A stretch of 64,000 nucleotides of DNA, taken from NCBI RefSeq assembly GCF_009914755.1, contig NC_060941.1. One strand, given 5' to 3'. This document shows, piece after piece, positions 41,205-58,000 of this stretch. The position numbers and the translations under genes were made by a program. Numbering within the stretch: the stretch's first letter is position 1; each line of letters opens with the position of its first letter. The notes beneath the pieces are model-generated. The model was not told where the DNA came from. It saw only the letters and a list, made by a program, of their open reading frames with translations, and ran no database searches. The DNA comes from the human T2T-CHM13v2.0 reference genome, Homo sapiens.

Positions 41205-43469
41205 GAAGTCAACCACTTTTGAACTATCAAAAAAGCCCGTCAACTTCATACGATTCACCCCAATATTTATGCCCAGAAGGGGCAATAATCCCACAGGCCA
41301 GGCAGGCCACGTGCCTCCCCGGGGCTCTGTGGGCAGGACCATGAGCACCCGATGGATCATTCCCTGTGAGTTCATTGTAACGGGGCCTCGCTCCGATTCT
41401 CTCCTGCTGTCACTGTAGTCCAGGTGGAAGGTCTAAGAGCTCACCCTGACCATCCAGCATGGCTGGTGATCTGGACCAGCGTGAGGAGCAGCAGTTCCTA
41501 AGTCCCAGCATCAGGGGACCACAGCACACAGGTGTATCATCCAGTACAGGAGGTGCACCCATGCAGATGTGCATAAAACACACTGTCAGTATTTCTGAAA
41601 ATGCCTTCCGCAGGGGAGAGCAGATCTGTTGAGGTGAGGTGCAAAGGACCCCACACCCACAGGCCTTCTCTCTCCTGGCTGCCCGCCCCACTCTGCAAAA
41701 CACACCACGGCAGCCTTAATCACGTAACTTCTGCTCTGTGCATCTGGGCCTGTCACCCGCTGCCTGGCATCCACATCTACCCCTCCCCGCCCAGGAATAG
41801 TGGCAGGAAAAGCCCTCATGGGAATTAACCCCAGGCCACCCCGCAGATTGAAAATCAGTTACTTTCTGGAGAAGCCGAGCAACTCTGCAAAACCCTACTC
41901 GGCTCCCCACGTGTGGTTTGCTGTGATAAGGCCGGCAAAGCAGCCAGCCTTGAAAATGCCATTTAATGAGAAAAGACCCACAGCCGCCGTGGCGGTGGCC
42001 GGGGTGTCCGGCAGCAGTAAACGCTCCTGGTACCGCTGCTCGCCCTGCTCTGTGCTCCGCTTCCAGGTTTGCATTACGGTTTCAGCTCACGGCCAATCTG
42101 ACTGCAGATTCTCATGGATATTCGCCAAGCTGTTCCCAGGGAATTTTAATTACCATGATAACAATTGCTAATCACTGGCATTTCCTAAATGGTTGTGGCT
42201 GGAGAAGGTGGTAATTGTCAGGCTGGTGCTGGAAAGAAGGGGAGTCTCACAGACCTGCCACTGGAGGGGGTGGGACAGGGGAGCCTGAAGACCCCTCTCT
42301 CTGTCCATTGTCCACCCCTTCCATGTGTCATTCCCTCTCCCGTGCCACCCTGAGAGTGCACCTGGCTTGAGCTCTTCACTGGCCCAGGCATCCATCCTCT
42401 CTGCCCCAACCCCACGAGTCACAGCAGGGGACGGTCTGTGGCCTGTGCACCTGCTGTTCCTTCCCCCTGGAGTGCCTTTCATCAGCATCTCTAACAGGCA
42501 GTCACGCTTCCCCAGAGGGCTTCAGTGGGTGCCCCTTCATGCAGAATCAGGGCCCCTCTGTCGTGCTCCCAGAGGCCATGTGGTCCCACTGGTACAGCAC
42601 GCCACACCTGGGCTGGAGCTCAGACTCGCCCACCTTCCTGAGCAGGAGGCTGTGAGCTCTTCAAGGGCAGGGCTGTGCCTGAGCCATCTCTGGATTCCCG
42701 GGACCCAGTGAGGAGCCTGCTATGTTACTGACCGACCACATGAACAAAGAAGGGAAAGCAGAGGCACTGTCTCCAGGGGACAGAGGGGAGACCTCGCCTT
42801 CAAGGGAGACTGCGTTCTGTCTGCCTAACAAGCTCCAGACTGAATCAGTCTTGGAGAACCACGGGAAAAGACCTGTGACTGAGCGGTCTTCTCAATTACA
42901 CTGCAGCTACTTTAAAGGTCTCTTCAAGGGTCAACCCTCTCTGGCAGAGGAGAGGCAGTACCTCTCCCTCCTCCATTACCTGACACACACTCACAATGCT
43001 GGTCTCCCAGGAACCCTAAGAGGCAAGTTAAACAAGTCCGCAGCAGGCCAACAACACCCCAGGACCCGGCCTCCCTCTCAGCCTCACCTCTCACCTCCCC
43101 CACCCCCATCACCAGGCACAGCTGCTCTCACCGCCTTGACCACACTAAGCTCTCCTTTTGGACACGTTGTTCCTTCTCCCTTCCCTGGACTAGCTCGTCT
43201 CCAGCCTTTGGGAAATCACTTTTATCCAGAAGCTTCCAGACATAATCTTGCATGTTTCCACAGCTATGCACACTCCCTGGGTTATGATCACCTGTTTCTG
43301 TGTCTGTTTCCTGAGGATGGAAGACCCCATGATGGCGGGAGCCAGGCAGAGTGCCCGGCAGGTGCCAGCACACAGCAGATACCCAACAAATAGTCAGCTG
43401 AACACCCATCCAAATTGCAAGGCTTAAGTAACTCAAGTTACTTAGGAGAAGCACAGGCTCCTCGAGGGT

Positions 43470-43842
43470 GCTGGGGGCTGAACTGTGTCCTCCAAATCCA
43501 CATGTTGAAGCTCTAACCCTCATGTACTTGTGAGTGACAATGGACCTTGGGAAGGGAATTAGGTTTAGATGAGGCCATGAGGGTGATCGCTGCCCTTATG
43601 AAGAGAGAGACACCAGGAGAATGTGCTTCCTCTCTCTCTCTGCCATGTGAGGGCACAGCGGGAACACAGCCAGCTGCAAGCCAGAAAGAGAGCCTTCACC
43701 AGGGATCCGAATTCACCAGGGATCTGGATCAGCCAGCCCCTTGATCTTGGACTTCCCTGTCCCCAGAGCTCTGAGAAACAAATTCCCACTGTTTACACCA
43801 CTCAGTCTATGGTATGTTGTTATGGTGGCTCAAGTTGACTAC
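43470..43842 (+). mobile_element. MLT1A-like MaLR solo LTR
   Basis: gggctgaactgtgtcctccaaatccacatgttgaagctctaaccc...ccttgatcttggacttcc...cagtctatggtatgttgttatgg. Confidence 0.85.
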
Positions 43843-44506
43843 CATGGAAAAGATAGGCCAGCTATAAGGAAACCAGACCCAGAATCGCATTAGACTTATC
43901 ACTGGTAACAGTGGCCGCCCAAAGACTCTGGATCTAGAATTCTATCAGCCAAACTATCAACACAATGGGAGGGCAGAACACAGATGTTTTTAAACTCATA
44001 AGGACGCTGAGTTTCCCTTACACACACTCTTTTTAAGAACTTAGGACGGGTTCCAGAAAAACACAAGTGAAAAACAAGAAAGGGAAAACACAGGATCCTG
44101 GAAACAGTCTCCAACTCAAAAGGTGAGCTGAGGGGAAGTTCCCGGAAGGCAGCGCTCAGGAACTACTCTGGGGTCTGGAGGGCATCTCACAGGAAAACAG
44201 AAGGCTCCACACGATAGATGGTAAAATAAAAAAGCTGCATAAAAGAGGATGTAAAGTTTCATTATTCTGTTGTCAATAAGAAACACAGTCAATAAAAACT
44301 CCAGGAAAAACGAAAAGTTACACAAGAACATCATGGTCCAAATATTGGGTAAATTAAAATATGACAGGGATGAAGAAATTCAGAGTTAAAAAGGAATGTT
44401 TGCTCAGAATGGTGGGAACATTCTCCTTGGGGTGGTCTAGGGGTCAAGGTCGTTATAAAAATGTGATCCTCACATACGTTTGAGCCTAAGACGTTTCATG
44501 TTTACA

Positions 44507-44793
<287 letters not shown>

Positions 44794-44919
44794 AACAAAA
44801 TAATTTTTACAATGTAAATCCCAGCCAGGTGCAGCGGCTCACGCTCATAATCCCAACCCTTTGGGAGGCCGAGGTGGGAGGATCGCTTGAGGCCAGGAAT
44901 TCAAGGCCAGCCTGGCCAA

Positions 44920-45355
44920 GCTGTTTACATCTCCCCTGTGACCCAGCTCTTGCAGGCGTGCAAAAGTCAAGCGACAAACCATCAAACGAATCCTAAGCCC
45001 ATGCCCCGAGCCATCTCCTTTATCTAACGCCCACACACCAAGCCAATATTCCCCCTGCCCTAAATCAGTGGAGAGTCAGGGAGCACACAACTAGGGACAG
45101 CCCCTATGCCACAAAGCCTGCAGGGTTATTCAGTCCGACCCCACTTTGCTTTCCCCGCAGAAGCCCCAGTAAAGGCTGTGGATGTGTTTTCCCCTCTCCT
45201 CTGCCCACGACTGGCTCTGGTGCTTCCCCACGTGGCCCTGCCCGACATGGTGGTCCCCTCCTCTCAGGAACTGTGAGCAAGAAATTCTTCCAATGACATT
45301 AGCCTCTTTGTGTCATCACTCTGCCACGTGCATGAAGACCTGGGCACAAATCATA
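44920..45355 (+). mobile_element. ERVL-type LTR relic (MER54/MER74-like), preceded by a partial Alu left arm at 44824-44920
   Basis: agccaatattccccctgccctaaatca...actagggacagcccctatgcc...ggtgcttccccacgtggccctg...gaactgtgag. Family name from recall. Confidence 0.55.
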
Positions 45356-46530
45356 AAGCATGGAAGAATTCATTATAGCTAAAGAACAGAATCTACATGT
45401 AAATTCTGGCAATCTACAACTAAAGATACCATCTAGACAAGGAGGGAGGTGGGCATGGGGGAGGAAGAGGCGGCCTCCATATCCACAGCTCACACACAGG
45501 GAGTCAAGGGTACCAAAGCTGACGGAAGAAGACAGAGGAAAGTATTATACAAAGTCACAAACTTAATCAAAGAGCCGAAAGTAATAACACAACGATCAAC
45601 ATCAGGGGACAGAGGGGAAGCAGAGGAGTCCAAGCTGGCCAGCTCCTCATCTTGCATGGCCAGGAGTCAATAGAGAGTCTCCCAAGTTGGTACATCAAGA
45701 AAGGCACGGCAGGATCCAGCACGTGGACGAACAGGCAGCAGCGGGTGACGCGGTGGCAAGGAGCCGCCGGGCGACTGCCGTTCCCCAACGTTAGCTCTTC
45801 CGAACAATTTGATTTTTTAAAACCATATGATGTGTTACTTTGATTAAAATTAAAATGTAACAGATTGGTAATTGGATGCTGATATTATTAAATCCTCGGT
45901 CTGCACGGTAGGTCGACTCGTGGGGAGCTGGCACAGTCTGTGGCTGGCACACTGAATCTGGATGTGGCTTAAGGGAGGAAAGCTGGTAGCTCAGGAAAGG
46001 AAAGGAATGCAGTAAGTAAAATTTCCTGCCATGGAAGAGACTTTGTGAAGTTACGGTTAGTTTGAGAACGTCGGTATGAGTTGGTAACACACCGACACTC
46101 CCGTCCCTGAAGAAGGCCAAGTTCCTTCCCACACATCACTGCACCCACCTAACCGCCCGGAGTCGGAATTGTGGCCGTGGGCACCTCGACGGGTTTTCAA
46201 GGGGGAACCAAAGTTTCACTGCAGACGGGCAGGCAGAGCTGGGTCCAGCAGGAAACAAGGGCCTGAGGGTATCGTGCTGTTATCGGACGCGATGCTGCTT
46301 TCCAAGATGGCTGGGCGGGGATCTCTGATCAGATTTCAAAGCCACGATTTTGGCCGCGTGCGACAAGCCGGACTCTCCAAGAGCCTTGGACCCACACCGA
46401 TACTGAACAAGCTCAGCAAACGTGAGGTGTACTGAGGTAACATACACACTTGTTTCTAGCATTGTTTTCTGCCGGAAATGCCATCTGTCACTCAAACCCG
46501 AATAGAACCACCCTACCTCAAAGTTCTGGC

Positions 46531-46714
46531 TGACAGCAGGATTACCCTTCGGAGCCATGAGCGCTGGATGGGGACTCAGAATCCGCAGCATGTTGACAGC
46601 AGGATTACCCTTCGGAGCCGCGAGCGCTGGATGGGGACTCAGAATCCGCAGCATGTTGACAGCAGGATTACCCTTCGGAGCCGTGCGCGCTGGATGGGGA
46701 CTCAGAATCCGCAC
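46531..46714. repeat. Tandem repeat, 63 bp x 3
   Basis: tgacagcaggattacccttcggagcc recurs at 46531, 46594 and 46657, giving a 21-aa ORF period. Confidence 0.93.
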
Positions 46715-47244
46715 CGTGTGTGTGACCACTGCATGGTGGTTTTCCGCTGATCGGTGTGAGGAGGGCATGAAGCATGTCACAAGGCCTATTGGACACATTT
46801 GTGACCACACAGGACCAACGCAGGAAGAGGTCAGCATTTGCTCTTCTAAGCGTGGAGGATGACCCTTCCACCTGTGACCGGTATCAGCAAAAATGGAACA
46901 CAGAATGCAGCCATTCTTCCCCAAACACCTGTTTACAGGTATATCACAGCTCAGGTGACCAATGGTTGAAGTGAAATAAACATCTCAAGAATGGGGAACT
47001 CGTGGTACCTGAAAATTCACAGTGGTCAATGAAAGACAAAACTCAGTCTAAATTACTAATGTACACATAACTGCAAAACATGAAAATGTATAAGAAATTA
47101 TGCTTTGAAAGTAGATATAAAAGAATCAGTTAACAAAACAAATCTGACCCAAAATTCCAGATTGTCTCAATAAAACCCAAAAAGTAGCTGGAAATAAAAC
47201 ACACTGGGTGCCTCATACTTTATGAGAAGAGGGAATTAAGAGAC

Positions 47245-47536
<292 letters not shown>

Positions 47537-48358
47537 CAAGAGATATTTTTTGTATTGTAATATAAGTAATTAGATAAGTATAGCTTTGAATATTCAAAAG
47601 TTATATATATATGCATACACATATCCACCTAAGACAACCAGCAGAATTAAAACTAGGAAAAACGTTCGTCATCCTGAAATACTTGATCTGCTGATGGCTT
47701 TTTCTTTTATTCCCTCTTCCCTCTTCCCTCCCTTGTGCTCTGTTTATAATTTCTCCTTGTTGTTGTCCTTTTCCTTTCAGTAGGAATTAAGTTTAGAATA
47801 ACTCTTTCCTCATTATTTCCTTCCCTGACCTCTGGAAAATGACACAAACAACATCTGAAAAGGGAGTCAGTGGATATTAATTCATTCAAATCACATTTAC
47901 TAAGCATCTCGTGTACAGTTCTAAGATTGAGCTAAGGAAACAAAAGCCAATGTTCTTGCAGACGGGAGGCCGGTGGCACAGATCCACAGTGGGCTGTCTT
48001 CTCTCCTGTGTGAGTGTTCATGCCTCGCCTTTGGGCCCTTCTGTCCTGGGAGGGTTCTGCTGACTTCCACCCCACAGGGTGAGTCTCCGCTCACGGCGGA
48101 TGTTCAGCATGAGGGGGCAAAGCACAAGCAAGCGATCCAAGCCCCCAAGAGGGTCTGAGCCACACCAGGGCAGCTGGGCAGAGCTGTGGGCAGCCTCTTC
48201 CTCCTGCCCCTCTCCCCACCCAGGCATCCATCTGGTCCAATCCCTTCTGAAGTGCTAACTCATTCCTAATTGAGGTGTGAGCTCAAAGCGAAGTGATACC
48301 CCTTCCAGGAGGATTCATGTATTTGTGTTTTAAAAGATGACACTTTAAGGCCCCAGTG

Positions 48359-48390
<32 letters not shown>

Positions 48391-50265
48391 ACCTGCATGC
48401 ATGCTGGTGAGCCAGGGAGAAAGCCCCCATCATCCCTGTGCTCCCCAGTGGGGTGTGTGTGTGTGCACCTGCGTGCATGCTGGTGAGCCAGGGAGAAAGC
48501 CCCCGTCATCCCTGTGCTCCCCTCAACTCCAGTGGGAGTGCACAGATTCATAAAATTCATCCTGCCTGGAAAGTCTGCTGCCTCCCCATGCTGCAGGTGG
48601 CCGGCTGGCTCCCCTGTACCCAGTTGGAGGGCCCCGCCCTCATCAGAAGATGCGCTGGAAATCACACCCCAGGAAAGATAGAGCACCTGCCCCTGTCCTT
48701 TCTTCCAAATCCCCCCTGGGGCAGCAAAGCTCCCCACTCAGCCCAGGAGAGCACAGCTTTCTCCAGAGCCTGAGTGAGTTTCCTCTTCATTCCAAGTGGG
48801 TTTTTGAGCAACCAGGTCAGTCTGGGAGGCAGGCAACTGCCAGCACAGTAGAAAGGAAAAACGGCAGTGAGAAACAGAATTCTGAGGGTGCTGTTTTCTT
48901 GACAGATGATTTAAACACCTCGGCTAGATTATTTCAGAACTAGAGGAAATGCTTTGGCTTCCATTAACCCCTGGCCGGGGACTGGCTCCTGTGAGGCTTC
49001 TACACAATTACCGGTAAGGAGCATTTGCCAGTCGCAGAGGGAGGTGTTGCCCAACGCTGGCTCCCGATGCCTGTAGGGCTGCGTGCCCCTGGATCAGGGA
49101 GAACCCTGGGACAGGTCGCCAAGCTTCATCTCTGGCCTCACCCTGCCTTGTAGCCCAGCCTCGGGGTCTGTGCCCCGTGGGCACCCCATGGCCTTTGCAT
49201 CATCTCTCACGTCACCTGTGATGAGGAAAGGTCCCTACAAGCTGCTGAGAACAGGGGCCCCTGTCTTCCCTCTGGTCCTGCGCGCCATCCTCTCCCTTTG
49301 TCCAGATGCTCTTGTAAGCTCAGCAAATGCATGGAGGCTAATGACACTTTCATCTGCTGCTCTTAATGACTTGTGTTGTCAACATTTGACAGACTCCCCT
49401 CACTTTCAACTGGCACGCGGCATGAAATCCTTTGGAGCCCCAGTACTGAGGCTGCTCTGACACCGGTTTGAGAGAGGGCAGGCCTGTTACAATGGTGATT
49501 GGCTGCGAAGCCGCCTCTGTTCCCAGACGGAGTGGGCTGCATGCAGGAAATGAATAGGGGCTGGAGGTGGAAAATTGGACAGGCCAATTAGACCGAGCCA
49601 GGTCTTTTCAGACGAGCGTCATGATTTTGATTCAATTCCCAGGACAACAAATGTGCCTGTGTTTAAACACAGTCTCAGAAATATGTTCTCCCAAGCCAAA
49701 GTGAAACCCTGTCTGGGCTGACCCCAATCGGCAGGGCTCGAGGGTGGTGCAGAGCGGGCGGCCTGCATCTGGGGACACTTTTTTTGATTACGTATTTGAT
49801 TAGTGGCTCATTTCCGACGGGTCTTGTTCCCTGCTGGGGAAAGCCTCTAGTTCTGAAGTCCCATTGCTTCCTCTGTCTTCCACAGTCATCACTGTCTCCC
49901 TGACCACGTTTAGCTCTTTGGTTTTTCCCTGCATTCTGGGAGATCCTACAGGTCTCTCCAAATCACTGATTCAAGCTTCTTATTTTTTGCCTGATTTTAG
50001 CGACCTCCTCTCATCTTTTGGGTGTATGCCTGTGAAAGCTAGCAAATCTACAAAAGTGTATTTCATACAGACATTTCAAAGAATCATATTCCAGTAAATA
50101 CCTGTGAGCTCATCAAGAAATAAAATGGTGCTGGATGTGAGAAGCTCCCGTAAACCCACCCTCCCTCTCAGAGGTAACCACCATCTGGAATTTTGTATTA
50201 AGCAATCTCTTGCTTTTCTAGTTTAAAAAAACCTTGTATGTATGTATGCATTTCTAAATAAATAC

Positions 50266-51458
<1,193 letters not shown>

Positions 51459-52727
51459 ACCTACTTATTCTTTTTCCTGTTCAGCATCTAGTGTATGATA
51501 CGATTTGCTTATTTGTTTATGTTTCATCGTCTGTTCCCCACCCTCAGCCCTGGCCCCCTTGCTGGAACGCAAGCTCCAGGCAAAGCTATTTCACCGTTGC
51601 TGTTTTCCAAGGGCCTCGAACAGTGCCCGGCACATAGCAAATCCTCAGTGAACATTAGAGGAATAAGTGATTCAAGAATAGAGCTGTTAGAAGGTGTTCT
51701 GGAGGAAGACGCATCCGGCTTCATCCCTGGCACCATCAATTACTACCCAACGTCTTTGGGCAAGTGACCTCTTCTCTCTAAGCTTCAGTTTCTCCACCTG
51801 TCACAGAGGACAATGGGCTCCCGTGGGGATGAAGCGAGATGATCATGGCCTGGCCCTTAGTGGGCACTCAGCTCACATCTGCTATGAACGATGGGAGTCC
51901 TTCGGTGTGCCTGTGTGTGAACGATGAACTCACGGACTGGAGCACTGTGCTGAAAGAGTCAGCAGCCTCTTGGATCTCTCAGTGCCTCAGAGGCAAACTT
52001 CTCCAGTGCACAGACGTGGGCTCAGGTAGACGCCCCAGGCAAGGGGCAGGGGAAGATGGGATGGCTCAGTCCATCTGCAGGGGTGCAGTGCAGGAGTCCC
52101 CATGAGGCAGACTGCCCTGGGGGCTGGTGAGCACCAGGAGCCCCCTCCTCCTGCCACCACCCATGTGTGGGAGGCCAGGAGGCTGCACTGATAGCGGGTC
52201 TCTCTGGCAGAGCCACAGAGGCGTGGGAGGCGACCAACACACTGAGGAAGTATGACCATCCGGGTCCCCCAGGGATGCCGTGACAGCAGCCCAGAGTGAG
52301 GCAGGCACAGACGGTGGGGTGCTCAGGCAGCCGCCCGCCCCAGCACCAGCCACCCACTCCCGAATGCACTCACAGACCTCCAGAGGGGGCCCTCTGGCAA
52401 AGCTGTTTGCAGCAAAAATCCAAACTGCAAGTAACAGCAGAACCAGGAGAGAAACAGCATGGAGAAACAGATGGCAGCTTGCGGTGAGCACAGGCCGCCT
52501 GCCCGGGAAGCAGGTGCCGCAAGGATGCTGGGCTGGGGCTCGGCTAGCACGGCCAGTTCCCACCAGCGGCTGGGCTGGCTGCGGAGTTTGGGAGCCCCCG
52601 ATGATCCTGACCTTCCGTAGGCCTGTGAGGCCCAGACTGAGGAAGAGTCTCCCAGCTGGAAGACCCCAGTGGGCTGCTGGTCACCTCCAGGATAAGTGAG
52701 TTGGAGAGGATTTAAAAACCAACCCTG

Positions 52728-52859
52728 CCAGGCATGGCGGCTCATGCCTGTAATCCCAGCACTTAGGGCAGCAGAGGCAGGAGGATTGGTTGAGCTCAGG
52801 AGTTTGAGGCCAGCCTTGGCAACATCGTGAGATGCCAACTCCACAAAAGAAAAAAAAAA

Positions 52860-52862
<3 letters not shown>
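52728..52862 (+). mobile_element. FLAM-like Alu monomer whose tail hosts the adjacent L1
   Basis: Left-arm Alu plus an A run. The TSD accaaccctg occurs at about 52718 and again beyond the L1 at about 54963. Confidence 0.8.
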
Positions 52863-54912
<2,050 letters not shown>

Positions 54913-55060
54913 TTTAAGTCACACACACACACACACACACACACACCAAAAAACCATGTAAGACCAACCCTGTGAAGCCACTTTTCTTTTTTTAGTCAAT
55001 CAACAAGCAGGAGAGAGGGGCCAGAAGGAAGAAATAAAGACCCAGCCTCAGTGGGCCAGT

Positions 55061-58000
55061 GGCGACGTGAGATCCCAGCAAGGGCGACATCAGGGAGAGA
55101 CCCCAGCAAGGGCTACGTCAGGGTGAGACCCCAGCGAGGGTGACATCAGGAAGAGACCCCAGCGAGGGCGACGTCAGGGAGAGACCCCAGCGAGGGTGAC
55201 GTCAGGGAGAGACCCCAGCGCGGGTGACTTCAGGGTGAGACCCCGGCGAGGGCGACGTCAGGGAGAGACCCCAGCAAGGGCTACGTCAGGGAGAGACCCC
55301 AGCGAGGGTGACGTCAGGGAGAGACCCCAGCGAGGGCGACTTCAGGGAGAGACCCCAGCGAGGGCGACGTCAGGGAGAGACCCCAGCGAGGGCGACGTCA
55401 GGAAGAGACCCCAGCGAGGGTGACGTCAGGGTGAGACCCCAGCGAGGGCGACATCAGGAAGAGACCCCAGCGAGGGCGACGTCAGGGAGAGACCCCAGCG
55501 AGGGTGACTTCAGGGAGAGACCCCAGCGAGGGCTACGTCAGGGTGAGACCCCAGCGAGGGTGACGTCAGGGAGAGACCCCAGCGAGGGCGACGTCAGGGA
55601 GAGACCCCAGCGAGGGCGACGTCAGGGAGAGACCCCAGCGAGGGCGACTTCAGGGAGAGACCCCAGCGAGGGCGACGTCAGGGAGAGACCCCAGCGAGGG
55701 CGACGTCAGGAAGAGACCCCAGCGAGGGCGACGTCAGGGTGAGACCCCAGCGAGGGCGACGTCAGGGAGAGACCCCAGCGAGGGCTACGTCAGGGTGAGA
55801 CCCCAGCGAGGGCGACGTCAGGGAGAGACCCCAGCGAGGGCGACTTCAGGGAGAGACCCCAGCGAGGGCGACGTCAGGGAGAGACCCCAGCGAGGGCGAC
55901 GTCAGGAAGAGACCCCAGCGAGGGTGACGTCAGGGAGAGACCCCAGCGAGGGTGACGTCAGGGAGAGACCCCAGCGAGGGCTACGTCAGGGTGAGACCCC
56001 AGCGAGGGCGACGTCAGGGAGAGACCCCAGCGAGGGCGACGTCAGGGAGAGACCCCAGCGAGGGCGACGTCAGGAAGAGACCCCAGCGAGGGCGACGTCA
56101 GGGAGAGACCCCAGCGAGGGCGACGTCAGGGAGAGACCCCAGCGAGGGCGACGTCAGGAAGAGACCCCAGCGAGGGCGACGTCAGGGAGAGACCCCAGCG
56201 AGGGCGACGTCAGGGAGAGACCCCAGCGAGGGCGACGTCAGGGTGAGACCCCAGCGAGGGCGACGTCAGGGAGAGACCCCAGCGAGGGCGACTTCAGGGT
56301 GAGACCCCGGCGAGGGCGACTTCAGGGAGAGACCCCGGCGAGGGCGACGTCAGGGAGAGACCCCAGCGAGGGCGACGTCAGGGAGAGACCCCAGCGAGGG
56401 TGACGTCAGGAAGAGACCCCAGCGAGGGCGACGTCAGGGAGAGACCCCAGCGAGGGCGACGTCAGGGAGAGACCCCAGCGAGGGCGACGTCAGGAAGAGA
56501 CCCCAGCGAGGGCGACGTCAGGGAGAGACCCCAGCGAGGGCGACGTCAGGGAGAGACCCCAGCGAGGGCGACGTCAGGGAGAGACCCCAGCGAGGGCGAC
56601 TTCAGGGAGAGACCCCAGCGAGGGCTACGTCAGGGTGAGACCCCAGCGAGGGCGACGTCAGGGAGAGACCCCAGCGAGGGCGACTTCAGGGAGAGACCCC
56701 AGCGAGGGCGACTTCAGGGTGAGACCCCAGCGAGGGCGACGTCAGGGAGAGACCCCAGCGAGGGCGACTTCAGGGTGAGACCCCAGCGAGGGCGACGTCA
56801 GGGAGAGACCCCAGCGAGGGCGACGTCAGGGAGAGACCCCAGCGAGGGCGACGTCAGGGAGAGACCCCAGCGAGGGCGACGTCAGGAAGAGACCCCAGCG
56901 AGGGTGACGTCAGGGAGAGACCCCAGCGAGGGCGACGTCAGTTAGAGACCCCAGCGAGGGCGACGTCAGGGAGAGACCCCAGCGAGGGCGACGTCAGGGA
57001 GAGACCCCAGCGAGGGCGACGTCAGGGAGAGACCCCAGCGAGGGCGACGTCAGGGAGAGACCCCAGCGAGGGCGACGTCAGGGAGAGACCCCAGCGAGGG
57101 CGACGTCAGGGAGAGACCCCAGCGAGGGCGACGTCAGGGAGAGACCCCAGCGAGGGCGACGTCAGGGAGAGACCCCAGCGAGGGCGACGTCAGGGTGAGA
57201 CCCCAGCGAGGGCGACGTCAGGGAGAGACCCCAGCGAGGGCGACGTCAGGGTGAGACCCCAGCGAGGGCGACGTCAGGGAGAGACCCCAGCGAGGGCGAC
57301 GTCAGGGAGAGACCCCAGCGAGGGCGACGTCAGGGAGAGACCCCAGCGAGGGCGACGTCAGGGAGAGACCCCAGCGAGGGCGACGTCAGGGAGAGACCCC
57401 AGCGAGGGCGACGTCAGGGAGAGACCCCAGCGAGGGCGACGTCAGGGAGAGACCCCAGCGAGGGCGACGTCAGGGAGAGACCCCAGCGAGGGCGACGTCA
57501 GGGAGAGACCCCAGCGAGGGCGACGTCAGGGAGAGACCCCAGCGAGGGCGACGTCAGGGAGAGACCCCAGCGAGGGCGACGTCAGGGAGAGACCCCAGCG
57601 AGGGCGACGTCAGGGAGAGACCCCAGCGAGGGCGACGTCAGGGAGAGACCCCAGCGAGGGCGACGTCAGGGAGAGACCCCAGCGAGGGCGACGTCAGGGA
57701 GAGACCCCAGCGAGGGCGACGTCAGGGAGAGACCCCAGCGAGGGCGACGTCAGGGTGAGACCCCAGCGAGGGCGACGTCAGGGAGAGACCCCAGCGAGGG
57801 CGACGTCAGGGTGAGACCCCAGCGAGGGCGACGTCAGGGTGAGACCCCAGCGAGGGCGACGTCAGGGAGAGACCCCGGCGAGGGCGACGTCAGGGAGAGA
57901 CCCCGGCGAGGGCGACGTCAGGGAGAGACCCCGGCGAGGGCGACGTCAGGGAGAGACCCCGGCGAGGGCGACGTCAGGGAGAGACCCCAGCGAGGGCGAC